From assembly GCA_030141605.1 (NCBI GenBank), contig JAQGDQ010000031.1:993688-1057687 (forward strand): a DNA stretch of 64,000 nt, read 5' to 3'. Shown here one piece after another: positions 42,980-56,500 of the stretch. The translations under genes were made by a program, and so were the position numbers. Every line of letters begins with the position of its first letter. The stretch's first letter is position 1. Source of the DNA: Tubiluchus corallicola. Its lineage: Eukaryota; Animalia; Priapulida. The notes beneath the pieces are model-generated. The model searched no databases. It worked only from the letters and a program-made list of their open reading frames with translations, and was not told the DNA's origin.

Positions 42980-45972
42980 CGTCACTTATTTTCTCCATGT
43001 TTGTGACACGATTATTCACATAATGTCGTGGTCTTGTTACAACTTAGTTTTGAGATGGAAAAGTGTGTAAGAAAGCAGACATGGTATTGTAGGAACTGCT
43101 AGACAGGACGTCGCTAAACTCACATTATCTAAAGATTGTACTAAATTGTTCTACATACATACTTACCGAGAGCATATTTATAGAGAGAAGTGATGCAAAT
43201 TCATCAATTTTATAATTGAATAAATTTGATTACAAACAGTTAATGAAGTATTTTATATTCACACAATATTCATAAATAGCAAACAAACATACATTAAGAA
43301 CACTTTTTTATAATTGTACGCTTATCTTTTAATAATAAAACATAAATCATATTATATCGACAAATTTTCAAACTTTTTATTGAAATTACTGCATAATACT
43401 TTATTATTAATAATGCATTTTACAGCAGTTATCGCACACTTCTATTTATCTCAAATTTGTAATCCAAAATGTGTGCCTATTTCTTTTGTCAGTTCCTTTG
43501 GATGATGTCACAAGTAAATGTATGGGGAACCACTCATAAGCCTTTTTACAGTTCCAGCGATTGATGATGATCGTGAAAAGGTCAAAGGTTAGGTAAACCT
43601 AACAACGTTATCTGAATCAAAAAATGTATTTATTTACACTTGACAATACTTTAAGGTCTGTTATTGTATTTAGTATCAGTTCTTGGAATTAATTATTGCT
43701 TCAGTTATTTCATTTTACATGCATTGCTGATGGTAGCCGTTGTTTCCGAGTAAGAATAACATGTCAGTTTAAAACTAAATACATAAGTATTGTAATAAAA
43801 ATAACCACATTTGTTTCACATACATGTAGTTACGTGCATAAAGGCACGTGACTGTTGTTATGTAAGATGCCCTGGGTTTAGTTAACCTTTGACCTACAAC
43901 AACTACGAGTGCGCATAGCGAAACCATGAAAGGGCTTATTTATAAAACTTGATATTAATCTTCAGTATCAAAGGCACACAAAGTACATCAGAAAATCCTG
44001 ATCCTATTTTGTCAAAGTTGTAGTAATAACATGTTACTTGCCCCTTTTACCGCAACCTCAACCCTCACTTGCTGGTACAATCTGTGTATTCATTCCCAGT
44101 ATTACTGCCGCATTGATAGTCCCATAGGAACGTGTGTTGAATACCCATTGCGTCTCCTTGGCGATGTTGTGAATGGTCATGTCTTCAAGTTATTGACACT
44201 GGTACCGTACATGTGAACTAAAATTAGAAAATTTTGATTACTGAATATTAATTTCAAAAATTAGGAAAAAGCAAAAAAAAAGAAATTTAAAAGATAGGAT
44301 GTTTGAATGCAACACTGCATACTATTTGAGATGAAAGAAGACAATATCAGTAAATATTAATTGCCTACATCATGGAATTCTCATCTGCAACATTACAGGA
44401 ACATTCTGCATTTAAGTTTTGAATGAATTAAAAATAATTCTAATAATTATCCAATTTCAGCACCACATTCGACACTACCTTCTACTCGTTTAGCGACTCT
44501 TGTGAAATACCGCATCTTGATTGCCAAAGCAAAATAAGATCGTTTCCTGTTTGTCTTGATCTCTCTGTCTGTCATGCCACGTTCTGTTCTTCCTTATCCC
44601 ATTTGACTTGTCTCGTTTTATCTCATGCTAAATTGGTTTTCCCAGCCTGCCCAATCTTGATTCTGTCTTTTCTATTTATTCTGCCCTTCTCAGTCCTGCC
44701 ACGGCCTTCTTTCCTTGTCCTGTTGCATCACATTGATGTCAGTCTAAAAAACCAATGCGACAAATAAAAAAGTCTGCTATTCTTTTATCTCCCTTACATT
44801 TTGTTGTCTCACTAAATAAAATTTTGCTTGTCCATTTGTTAATGGCATTAATTTTTGTTGTTCATGCTCCTTTCTGGCACCACTTTTCCTAGTCCTCATC
44901 TTGCATCATCACTTTCATTGATATTCGATTACTTTGCTTTTAATATTTAACTGCATTATTTTCTTCCTTTTTTCCATTATTACATTCATAATTTAACTGC
45001 ATTGTATTTTGTTCATTTGCTACTCTTAAGATCTAACTACATATTATCCACCTAACCATGTACTCTGCAGTCCTTTATACTATTCCTAAGTTATATAGGG
45101 GTGACTGACTCGATGGCCTCGTGGTCTTTTGTGGTCTTTTTGTCACTTTACATAATTTGTTGTAATTGTGTTATAAATATTATATTGGGGATAAATAAAC
45201 TTTTGAATTGAAAAAAATGAATTGAATTGGATAATGCACTGACGAGACCAGTTGGCCATTGTGCTTGACAAATGGGGAAGATTCCTTGATATGATGGTAG
45301 AACCTGCCCTATCCTTTGAAGTACCTACCGTAAAATTGCAATGAGTAACAGTTACTGGAAATCTCTGTTATAACAGAGCTCGTTATAAAGGACTTTGTGT
45401 ATACAGTCAAGCCGCTTCATACTGCTTATTCTGTAGCATTAACAGAATAAGTTAGCATCAAGTGAGTTTGGCAGTATAATGAGGTGTATTAATAAATGGC
45501 TGTCATTGCAAATACAATCATTTTGTTTTGCTAAAAATCTGGGCATTAAAGGCGACATTTGAGTGTAACAGACTGTTTCTATTTGAGACGTTTGTAGATG
45601 GAATTTTGCAAGGTGAAGACATGTTTATTAGCTATATAGTCACCTCATTTCAGAAGCAAGCTGAAGAGAAATCGTGTAGCATGATAAAAACAAGCAGCCG
45701 CATTCGCTGGGCTTAAAATAAGATTATCGTGGATTAGTGTCGGGGAGCCTGGCAAAGAATGACTGTTCTATTCATTCATTCATTCATTCATTTGTTTATT
45801 CAGTTCAGAATAGCTCAACCATTTTAATTATTGCTAGAAAAGTTTAATTTACGATTACTGTCACACTTCTTTCGTCCCCTCTTCTCTCTCTTTGTTCTTT
45901 CTTCATTCGAATGCACGTTTTTTCGATGCCTGATATACAAGAAGAACAAACAATAAAAAAGATGGAATGTTA

Positions 45973-46696
45973 CCATCTGTACATCGAAGTAACATTGAAG
46001 AACGCGCGCCTTTTATGATTTCCGGTGTGAGCAAGCAAAATTCTCTCCATCAAGAAACCACCCAATGTTCCAATAAAAGTACATGTATGTACTTAAACAG
46101 TACTTTACTATAATAATATTCCAAAAGTGAACTGTTTGCCCAGTTGCCTCGCTTGACTGGACTATAAGGATCTCTTAGAACTGCGAGTTTAACAGGTTCC
46201 TGATGCAGCATCTCATACATAACATGAACAGCTCTCCCAGGTGTACACTAAAAACAAAAAAGATCAAAGGAATATACAACAGCGCAAAGTGGCTGCCAGT
46301 AGGTACTATAGGGATAGTTCGTCACAAAAATTCCTTATTCACATCATACCATGATTTGAAATGCAAACATACTTTTTCATATTTGGGTTACAGCAGCTAG
46401 ACTATTTTATTTTTTAGTTCTAGACATTTATACAACATAGAAGAGGTAAATACTACCGGGTGGCTCAGAAAAAAATTGCCAAAGTTTAGACTACAATAAT
46501 TAACGGTTATAATTAAGGCCTTACCAGCTTTGAAGAGACCTTCCATGGGAAACAACGCCATAATGTATAAATCTTTCAATTGTTTGTCATCTTTGTTCAA
46601 AGCATTTGTGATGTTTAAACTTTGTGGAAAGCAGAAATTACTCTGAAGCAGCAACAGTAACAACAACACAAACGTTTGAATAGGACTTCGCCACAT
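45973..46696 (-). pseudogene. Decayed GABA-B-like class C receptor (Venus-flytrap/ANF ectodomain) gene
   Basis: Exon 46525-46696 has a signal peptide plus LYIMALFPMEG. Exon 46109-46247 reads CTPGRAVHVMYEMLHQEPVKLAVL..SPV[+1 nt]SEATGQTVHFWNIII, matching the GABA-B CDPG..LYELLY..PIK..CSSVS..A..WNL pattern. The two exons are out of phase and the expected intervening exon is not recognisable. Confidence 0.6.
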
Positions 46697-48070
46697 AACC
46701 GTAATTCAGCCTTTACCTTTACTGTTTTAAATGAAAATGTGTTGTCGAGAATCAGTTAAGTATTCGCGAGAAACGTAGGGAACAACAATTTTCTTCTTTT
46801 TTTGTTAATGTGGAATTATTTGACAAGTAGGCGGAGGACTTGGAAACTACTTTTTAGCAGACGGAAAGAAAACCGCTTTTGTGTTAATTTTTTTACAGTT
46901 TGGTGTCATTTTGTATCTTTATAAGTTTTTATAAAAGCATTTAGAGTTCCGATTAATCCACGTGTCTGAAGCACTTGTTTTCGCCTGCCTGCCTTTATTA
47001 TTTGCACGTTGTCTGTTTTGTTTGAAACAAGCGCTTACCTGGATATCAGAGGGGGGACACGCCCATTTCCCCCTCGTAAAGGTAAAGTTTTTGTTAAATT
47101 TAATCATCAATTACCAATGGTAGAAGTGCTACTCGGAAATATATTGGAGAAAATAAATGTTCTATGTCCATGCATGTCTATCTCTATGTCGTTTTTAAAG
47201 CAAAATCGCACCCAATCTTAAACTGTAGGTCAAAGCAACATAGTTCTTAAAATATTGAAAGAAAACGTACTGTTTTTTAAATAATAAATTACATGAAAGA
47301 ATTATTACCACACAAACACAATTTCATGTTTATGCCACTAGTTTTCCGTTGTTGCATGCATTTCGTCATTTGCTGGAAAGACAGGTGTCGCGAACGCGAG
47401 GCATGTGACACCAAGAAAGGTTTGGATTAGCCATGAGCATCTGGCGAGTGGAAAATTTTTTGTTCTAGTTTTACCAGACGAGGTGATGGAGTGTGTTTGT
47501 GTTTTCTGTCTTTGCTGTATTTTTGTCAATTTTGCGTTTATATGTTATAATAAACAGTTGTCTTTTTAAATCATCTATTGAGAAGGAAAATATGTCAGTG
47601 TTCGCTATTTCACATTTATGGATTGCTGAAATCGGATGGTTTCCGAAATGTGGTGCACGAAAACTGGGAGCAATCATGGACAGTCGTGTAAAGATTGTTA
47701 TTTTTCGTCAGTCAGCAGCTTAAGAAGTACGAGAGTCTCAGATGATACAACCAGGTATAGGACGAGATTTATGCTTCATTCCCACATTTAGCTGCTTACA
47801 GATGTCATCAGGACGTTCTGAAAATTCAGTTCACGTTTCCATCGGTACAGTTGGTCAACACAAGTAGCATTTTACAGTTCCTTTCTTTCGTGAAGAAGAG
47901 GTCAAGTCTGTGATACTGCAGCTTCAGTAGAGCGAAAAGACGTCTTCGATTGTGTAAGCAAATCATATTACAGTTACATTTCAAGTTAAATTTGTATTTG
48001 CTTAAAATTTTTGCCTTATATTTGTCAGTTGAACTTCATATTGTATTCGGTCACGTCAGTATTATCAGTA

Positions 48071-48238
48071 GACCTATTACTATCAGTTACATAGTGTAGG
48101 CCTTTCAGTATTACAGTTTCGTTGTGTAAATTGAATATTTACACTCAGTCTTTATACCTGTTACTATCAGTTATATAGTATAGGCCTTTCAGTATTACAG
48201 TTTCGTTGTGTAAATTGAATATTTACACCCAGTGTTTA
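48071..48238. repeat. Tandem duplication, 2 x ~85 bp
   Basis: acct.ttactatcagtta.atagt.taggcctttcagtattacagtttcgttgtgtaaattgaatatttacac.cagt occurs twice. Confidence 0.85.
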
Positions 48239-48241
48239 GAC

Positions 48242-48368
48242 CAGTCATTTGCAAAAGTTTAAGACGAAGCTCGAGTTTTCGGGATTTTCATCATACTGTA
48301 CCCCGATTGCATCAGATTCTTTGTTGATTGCATCATACTGTGGTTTGAAACAGTATGTCTAGTGAGTA
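48242..48368 (+). mobile_element. Probable 5' end of the Tc1 element, separated from its ORF by the pogo insertion
   Basis: Begins cagtcatttgcaaaagttt, a Tc1-like CAGT terminus; no matching right TIR was found. Confidence 0.45.
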
Positions 48369-50465
48369 CCGTAAAACGGGGTGAGTTCCCCACGCCTTAC
48401 TTAATGGATGACGTAATGGCCATTGTAGGTTTGCTGTAACTATTGTTCAGTGTTTAATGAACAGATATCATGATCACCGTCATTATAAACAGTTATCTTC
48501 TTTCAATTTGCACTAGAAGTATTCCATTCTGCGCTACATATTATTTGTCTACTATTTCTTGCTAATTAACATGCCACGCACCTACACCCCTGTACCGGGT
48601 CATAGATACCAAAATTTTACCCCAGAAGCTGCCCTACATGCCGTCAAGAATACCAACAGGACAATCAGCGCAACGGCAAGGCAATTCGGAGTTCCAAGAA
48701 AGACCCTTTCTGACAAACTCTCAGGAAGTCATCCGTGGAAGACCGGAGGTCAGCCAGTGTTCTCCGCCGCCGAGGAGCACGAAATTGCCAACACACTCCA
48801 AGTGGCCGCTGAGTGAGGGTTCCCAATGACTGCCATCGATCTCTGACTACTGATTAAGAGTGTTCTTGACGCGAAGGGAATCCAGGAACGACGATTCAAG
48901 GCAAACACCCCTGGAATAGATTTTGTCAAATCATTCGCCCGAAGGAACAATCTGGTTTTCAGAGTGGCTGGCAACATCAAGGGCGCCCGTGCGAAGATCA
49001 GTGCACAAGACGTTCAAGCCTTATTCAAAACGTCCCACCATCGAACATTTTCAACTTCGACGAGACCAACGACGACAACCCCAGTGCCAAAGTAATCCTT
49101 ACTCGTCTGAGAACAAGACGCATCGAGAACATCAAGGACCACTCCAAGGTCGCCGTTTCCCTGATGGCTTGCGGGGCCGCCGACGGGACGATGCTACCAC
49201 CTATGGTAGTATACAAAGCCAAGAACATTTACGAAAACTGGACAAAAGGAGGTCCACGAGGCACTGTCTATGATTGCACAACAAGTGGGTGGTACAACAT
49301 GGAGACCTTTGAGCGGTGGTTCACCTCCTTATTTCTTCCTCATGCCAACCAACTTCTTGGGAAAAAAGTTCTCCTTGGCGATAACTTGGCTTCACACTTT
49401 TCTCCAGAGGTAATCAGGCTGTGCCGAGAACATGACATCCATTTCATAAGCTTGATCCCCAATGCCACGCATCTTCATCAACCGCTTGACGTGGCAGTCT
49501 TCAAGGGCCTGAAAGTCAGATGGAGGCGAATCCTGGACAAGTGGCGGATGGAGACAAAAAGGAATGGGGTCATACCAAAAGAGACTTTCCCGCAACTTCT
49601 CAATAGCCTCTGGGATCAGTCCTCCCAAGCCTTTCGCGAAAGCTTACCATCTGGCTTCCGGGCGTGTGGCTACGTGCCCTTCAGGCCTGATGAAGTGACC
49701 AAGAGGTTGCCAGATGCCGGTAACTCAAACATTGGCAGGGACTTGGATGACCCTTTGATTGCTCTTTTGAAAGCACAACGACGAAGCCCAAGATAGGGAA
49801 GAAGGTTAGCCATAAACCAGGAGTTGATTTAGCAGCTGCCGCTTTCCATGGACATGATGGAGCTGGTCCTTCGACTTCGACTAACGCTGCAGGAAATCCA
49901 GAAGTGGATATTCCCGATGAGAACACGGACATCTGCTTTCAATGTGGAATGAATTACCGGGGATATACGGGGCCCAACTGGGTGCAGTGCCTGAACAGCG
50001 TAGACATTTAAGACTTTATCGGTGTTGATCTACATGTACATGCACCTTGTTATTTTATTGTCATACAAGAAATATAGTTCATGAAGCAAATTTCTGTTAT
50101 ACAGTTTCTAACTTTTTTTTATTACACTGTACTTTAAATCCTACAAATATTTACAGGTACATTGTTATTTTAAAATTTTAAATACTACTTTGCACGTAAT
50201 TCGGCTAAAACTAGATATTTTTCATAATTTTTTCATAGGGTGGCGAACTCACCCCCAACCAAACAATCACAACCAGTTAACTTCAACTGCCTAGAATGGC
50301 ATTAAACAGTGTTAAATTGTTAGTGGCGAATTCACCCCACGATAGTGTTTCATTCGAAAGACAATATAAAGCTTGAACTAAGAAAATCGGTTGGGTAATT
50401 CTCTTGCTATGGCAGGAAACATAAAAAATACCCATAAAAAGTGGCGAACTCACCCCGTTTTACGG
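48369..50465 (+). mobile_element. Full-length pogo-superfamily (DD35D) DNA transposon with a disrupted transposase
   Basis: 25 bp TIRs CCGTAAAACGGGGTGAGTTC(C/G)CCAC, TA on both sides, subterminal gtggcgaa.tcacccc repeats (50240, 50323). ORF from 48571: HTH (ATARQFGVPRKTL), NFDET, GDN-35aa-QPLD, C-terminal PHD-like remnant CFQCG..WVQC; contains stops and frameshifts. Confidence 0.92.
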
Positions 50466-50467
50466 TA

Positions 50468-51200
50468 TGAGTGACTCATTTGCCTGCCGCTATCCATACA
50501 GATCGGCCGTTTTTGCATGTTTCTTGTGATCCAAAAAATGGGCAAAAAAAATCGTCATTGAGTGAGACTCAGAGGGTTAAAATCGTGACTTTACATCAAG
50601 AAGGATATACTGAAAGGGAGATAGGTGCTAGATTACAGTTTTCCAAGACAGCCGTGCACCAAGCTATTGTCAAATTCGAGACTGATGGCACTTACAGCGA
50701 TAGGAAACTGTCTGGCCGTCCGCGGAAGACTACCCAAGGAGACGACCACATCATGAGACGCATGGTGGTATGCTCGCCTATGAGCTCCTGCAAGAAGATG
50801 CGGGCTCAGATGCGCTTGACAGGCTTGGAATTGAGTGCCAGTACAGTTTCTAGGCGTTTGAGCAAGGAGTTTAGCCTTAAAGCCAGAAAGCCGGCCCGTA
50901 AGCCACGCCTAATGCCAGTAATGAATCGGAAGAGACTGAACTTTGCAAAACGACATTGAGATTAGACCATCCAGGATTGGAACAAAGTCTTGTTCTCGGA
51001 TGAATCAACCATACAGCAGGTTGTAGCTCGAAAGAGGCACGTTAGGAGGCCAGTAGGCAAGCGATTCGATGAGAGATACACTGTAGCCACCATGAAACAC
51101 CCTCCAAGTCAGATGATCTGGAGTGCCATGTCGTGTTCTGGGACAGCTGGACTCTACTTCCTCCCACCCAATACCACTATGAATGGTCCTAGGTATGCCT
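50468..51200 (+). mobile_element. Tc1 transposase pseudogene, 3'-truncated
   Basis: ATG 50538 MGKK[frameshift in A8]..IVTLHQEG..REIG..SGRPRKTT..TVSRRL..ARKPRL..RLNFAKRH*..WNKVLFSDES..TMKHPPSQMIW; it breaks off at MNGPRY, before the second catalytic Asp. Confidence 0.9.
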
Positions 51201-51250
51201 AATTTCCAGTATGCCTCTTAGAATGAAGGCAGTATTGACAACTTCGGCGG

Positions 51251-52467
51251 CAGGGGCTGAACTGGGGGGGGGGGGGCGAGGGGGCGCGCCCCCGGTCAAA
51301 ATTTGCGCCCCCCTGCCAAATCGGACAAATAACTTTTTTGCAGTGAAAATTGCAGTTCGCATGTAATCATTTTCAATATGAATTAGAATTAGGTAAAAAA
51401 TGTTTGGTAGCTTCAATGTGTGTGCAGTCAAAACTCAGTGTGCATAGAGGTGCCTATCACAGTGTAGGCCTACAGGGACCACACACAGTCACAGTTTCTA
51501 CACACAGGCCAACAGGTCTGTGTGCACAGCTATAGGAGTAGCAGCGGTACTATGCTGAAATTTGAGAGTGCCCCTGTGCGTATAGGTACCATGGTGTAGC
51601 AGCGTTACGGCACTGAACTTGGAATAGGCCTAAACCTTTTGTACGGTACAGCACGCCAAAAACAAATTTGGTAAGTACACTATAGTAATAATTTCATTTT
51701 ATTGTTTCATATAATTTCATTGTTGAACTGTATTTGTATAATTTGGGCTACTTGGCAAAATGTATATCAACGTGCCTTTATAGAATGTGGACTTTACAGA
51801 GTGTCGAATATCATGTGATATTGAATGGTTTGTGATAGAACAAAAATTAATCAAAATTGTTTCAGAAACCTGCGCAACATGTCTGGGAATAGGGAAGACG
51901 ACAAAGTTGTACCACCTAGAAAACGGCAGAAAACTTTTGCTTTAGACTTTTTTGTCCAAGGAAGTAAAAAGGAATCAGCATATAAAGATGCACTGCAGAA
52001 GTCCAAAAAGATAATCCTGCCTCTGCCAGTGGAAAGGATCAATCAGTTTCAAAAGTTACAGAAGACGAGAAACAACCGGAGTAATCTACTCAGAAATGAA
52101 CACAAGAGCAAATGACTTAGGGCCTGTGTCTGAGAAACCACGACAACCACATATGACGAAGTATCCGAAAACTGGCCAAGGAAAGAATGCTCGTTCTTTT
52201 CAGTATAGTTGGTTCGGGAAACACTCATGGCTGGAGTACTTGAAGCAGACAGACGCAGCATTTTGTTTTGCATGCAGGCATTTTGGTAAACAAAGACAGA
52301 TTACTTGGACTGAAGTCAGATTTAAAAAATGGAAAGACGCAATGCATGATATGCAAAAGCACGAAGAGACGGAATCACACAAGAACAGCATGTCAATGTG
52401 GACCCTCTTCAAAAGCAGTAGTAAAACAGGTGACGTTCAAAAACGGATGGAAAGTTTTCGCGTGTAA
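51251..52467 (+). mobile_element. 5' part of a ZMYM1-like hAT transposon (TTF-type zinc finger), truncated
   Basis: Starts cagggg.. with a GC-rich subterminal region; ORF reads YPK..RSFQYSWF..HSWLEY..DAAFCFACRHF..FKKWKDA..KHEETESH. Confidence 0.8.
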
Positions 52468-53199
52468 AAATTTATGAGCCAAATTTTTCAGCTTACGATC
52501 AGCTTTCTCCGTGTCAATACTTTTGTGTGGGAGTAAAATATATTTTACCCACGTAAAATTTATATAATTTGCTCACAATTTGTGCTAATTTTCCAGAATT
52601 TGTTTAAATAGCTCAAGGCACAGCTGCGTCAGTGTTCTTACTCTGAAGACAATTAGTTAGTGGAATTTCATTTGCTAATTTGATCGAGATCAGTTGACCA
52701 TATTTTAGTAGATAGCATTCATGATACATTTTCCCATGATGGATAACTGTTAGTGGTATCTTGTTGAGGAAAGAGATAGAAGTAACTTGGAAAGAATTAA
52801 GTGAATCACTGCAAGATGCTTATGAACTTACAAGTTGTACTCAGTCTCTTTCATTGGAATTAGAAAGTATGGTAATTCAAAACATACAAAACCTAATAGA
52901 CAAATATAATCAGCTTATAGCACACTAGACCAACTTCATGGAAGCAAAAGGCTTTCCTGAAGAAAATGTTGAACAGCTTGCAGAAATTTCACTCAACTTA
53001 TTTACAACATGTTGTGATTGTTGTTTTTCTGCCATTTTTAAAATTTTGCTCTTTTCTCCTGACTTTTTAACTAGAGACTTGGGCAAATGAGGGAGTGCTG
53101 CTACCAGCTCTAATAGGTCCTGGGCAACAGCTGAGTTTCTATGACGTTCACACTACGTGACTCTATTAGTTTTGATGAAAGCAAGCAGGACAGCATTTT

Positions 53200-53560
53200 A
53201 CCTTTCAAAGAATTAAACAAAAATGTTACCGAGACACATACAAATCAAATACCAATTGCTTTTACCGCTCCGAAGTTTAGCCAAAAATTATGTCAATTTA
53301 AATTCTTCCTTAGTATTTAACAGGCCTATCTTTCGAAGAATTAAACAAAAATGTTGCCAAGACAAATACAAATCGAACTACCAGAAGCTTTTACCTCTCC
53401 GAAGTTTAGCAGAAATGATCAGTAAATTATGTCGATTTAAATTCTTTTTTTAGTATTTAACAGGCCTATCTTTCGAAGAATCAAACGAAAATGTTGCCAA
53501 GACAAATACAAATCGAAGTACCTCAGGCTTATACTGCTCCGAAGTTTAACAGAAATGATC
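53200..53560. repeat. Three tandem ~128-140 bp units
   Basis: ctttcgaagaattaaacaaaaatgttgccaagacaaatacaaatcgaa..ctccgaagtttagc at about 53202, 53330 and 53470. Confidence 0.85.
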
Positions 53561-56500
53561 ATGAGTAACGCCAGGCTTCACAGAGATTGATCAGTAGCTT
53601 TCTCGAGCCAGTTAGCATAGGACGGCAACGCCACCTGTACGGGAGCTTATCTATATATGGAGTAATTTTGAGTTGCTATGACTTACGACGTTGTGCAGTT
53701 AAATATTTAACCTTATGTATTTAATCCTGTATAGTAAGTACAACGTGTATGTATAGCCAAATATTTATCTGTACAATATACATGTACTAACGAATGCTCT
53801 GATTTAGGTAGGACCAGCCCTAACGTAGGGAGCTTTCTTTATTAGAAAGAAAGGAGTAAAAGAAAGCCGTTTAAAATAATGATTTAAGATCAAATTATCG
53901 TCTTGGCTAGAAGCCCAGTTAGGTGTGGCATATCACGTGATGATCAGTTGATATTCGACAGGCTTAGTCAGAAGTAAAGATTGATTATGTAATCTTTATG
54001 CGCAGAAGCTCTGGGCGCATTAGGTAGTTAGGCAAAAGGAATTTGAGGCCTCCATCTCGGGCAGATTTGGAGCTGTCTTGAAGACGGATGGCTGGCATTG
54101 CTATCCTCTTATGTATACCGTGTTTGTGCTTGATGTTTAATAAACATGCAGTTTGCTAAACAAGGTCTCGATAGTTTGGAGTAAGGAAAGCGAGATTCAG
54201 ATGCTTGGATCGGCCAGGAGCGATGCTGCTATACTCACCAGTTAAAGTATGCAGAATAATAATTGCATCAGCTGTACTGCACAATATCGCGAGCATAAAC
54301 AGCATTCCCTTGCCTTGCAAAGTTAATCTAGCACTGCGACAACTAGAAATTGGAGAGGAAGAGTACGAACAAGATGATATTTAACAATTACAGCAGTACA
54401 GGGATGATCGTGAAGCACGAGGTCACCTAGCTGAACAGAGATTTCAGTAGAACTGTTCTAGTTTCTTTCCCATATTGTAAAATTTCGTTTAATTTTGTTT
54501 CCAACATTTATATGCTTAATTAAATTATAAAAGCTTTGCATAATTACTAAAGCATGTTTATTTGAACAATTATGGGTGATTCTCCGAAAATAGGCCGTTT
54601 TGTGTCCTCATGTTTTTTCTCCCGTAGATTTGTTACTTCTGTAATAGTATTTCTAAAATTGTCAAAATAAGTATGTGATTGTGCTAAAAATTAGGTATAA
54701 TGTACATAACCTGTGGAATGAATGTCATTTTGAAAACAAAATTGTGACAAAAAATCATTACCATCACTGTTCCCAGCAATGAATTTTTATATATCCGGAC
54801 CTCTTTTCTTTAAATGTTACCTTATCTTGACTTGATAGATATTGTGTACTTCTTGCTGTATGTCCTAGTTATCGATTAGATAATCCGATATACAAAGAAA
54901 AGCACATTTAGTTGCAAATACGGACACTTATTGACATGTCCCTCATTTCAACCTTCATTACTCTAAAAATGTTTGCTAAGCGATCGTGTGAAGCTTTCTG
55001 TGAAATTTATTTTTTCTTGGGGAATTATTATAAGAATCACACCAGATGAACAAATAAACGTAATCTTTTTTTTAATTATTACCATGTGCACTGCAAATGC
55101 GTAAAAACCTGATAATGTATATTATTTATCAGAATTCGGTGTAGGTCAAAGGACCACCAGTCAAATATCCACAGGTAAATGGAACATCACAAAGAAAGGG
55201 CCACCAGTCAAAGAGCCACCAGATGAAGGACAACTGGTCAAACATTCATCTGAAAAGACAAAGGACCACAAAATAAAAATTAGCAGACGAGGTGAATGTG
55301 TGATTCATGTGAAAAATTATGTGATATACACTGTGCTCTGACCTGATCTGTTCATCAACATACTAAATTGTTATTGTTAAGCCAAGAAACTGGTCACCAT
55401 TTTCTAAGTTGAGGTTGATGTCTGCTCAAGCCAGGGTTGTCCATGCGGTTCACAAGAGCTCTGTGTGCAAGCATACATTACCAAGCAAGAAGAACCAGCA
55501 CTACCAATCCCAATAGTGACTATTGTCAAGTCAGTATTGGAATGTTATCAAGTGAAAAGTTTTGGGGAAATAATTACATTCAACCTTACAATTCTAATAT
55601 GAGATCAATTCCCATATCAGGGGCACAAATTTGAGTTGCACTGCGTTAGGCTCATGCTATTTAGAGGCAGCAAGCACGGAACATGTGTCCAATAGAGGAG
55701 ACGAACAAATTAATCATGAGCTGAACTGGAAAATGAATTATGCCTGTAGTAAACATGATAATAGCGGTTCTGCTATTATAACATGATAAAGTTGACTTGT
55801 GAGTTGAAGAAGCCAACAATAAAATTAATGCAGAAAGTTCAAATAACCAATTTTTTCTTTACTGCAGACGACTGCTTTTGAACATGACAGATTAATCATT
55901 GAAATGATGATTACACCACAAACTGATGAGCAATACTAACCCAAGTCAGGATCACTCTCACAAAGCCATAGCTGCACAAAAATTCTCGAGGATTTTACAT
56001 CGTAACAGTGATTTTCTAGCATCACAACAACTGTTGTGATAACATTCATTTCAAAGAAAAAGTAGCAGAGAAGATCGCCAATGCTTAAAGCAGTATGTCT
56101 ATGAACACCTGAATGAATTTCGTGATTATTCTATTAGTGAATATTTCTTTTTATTCAATTTTATATTTATAATATAGTTTTGTTGAATCTCTGTTAAATA
56201 CCTTAATTGTTAAAACCACTTCAAGTAAATAAAACTCAATTAATGAGATTCTTTTGCGCCTCAACTACTTTCATTAAAGCAAGTTCCTAACATTATTTCA
56301 GGCTTCAACGGAATCGCTCAGAACTCACAATCATTTTGAAACTCTGTTAAGAAAACTTTGGTTGAAATGAATCAAACTCTAGTAATGACGTTATGATGTC
56401 ATTCCTTAACTTTGTGCAACTTTACGTTTTAACGTTTTACGATTTAAGATATAGGTGTTTCATATAAAATAAATGAATGTATGGTTTTTATTAGAAATGT

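Noticed and set aside
48105-48198. CAGTATTAC nonamers like a CRESS replication origin
   Set aside because: No enclosing stem, 9 kb from the capsid-like ORF, and doubled only because of a local tandem duplication.
53200-53560. Repeat arrays as CRISPR-like structures (also the ggtcaaaggaccac repeats at 55143-55272)
   Set aside because: The units are tandem with no unique spacers, there are no cas genes, and the context is eukaryotic.
53563-54240. Possible solo LTR (AATAAA at 54139, promoter-like composition)
   Set aside because: No convincing TG..CA ends with TSD, PBS or polypurine tract.
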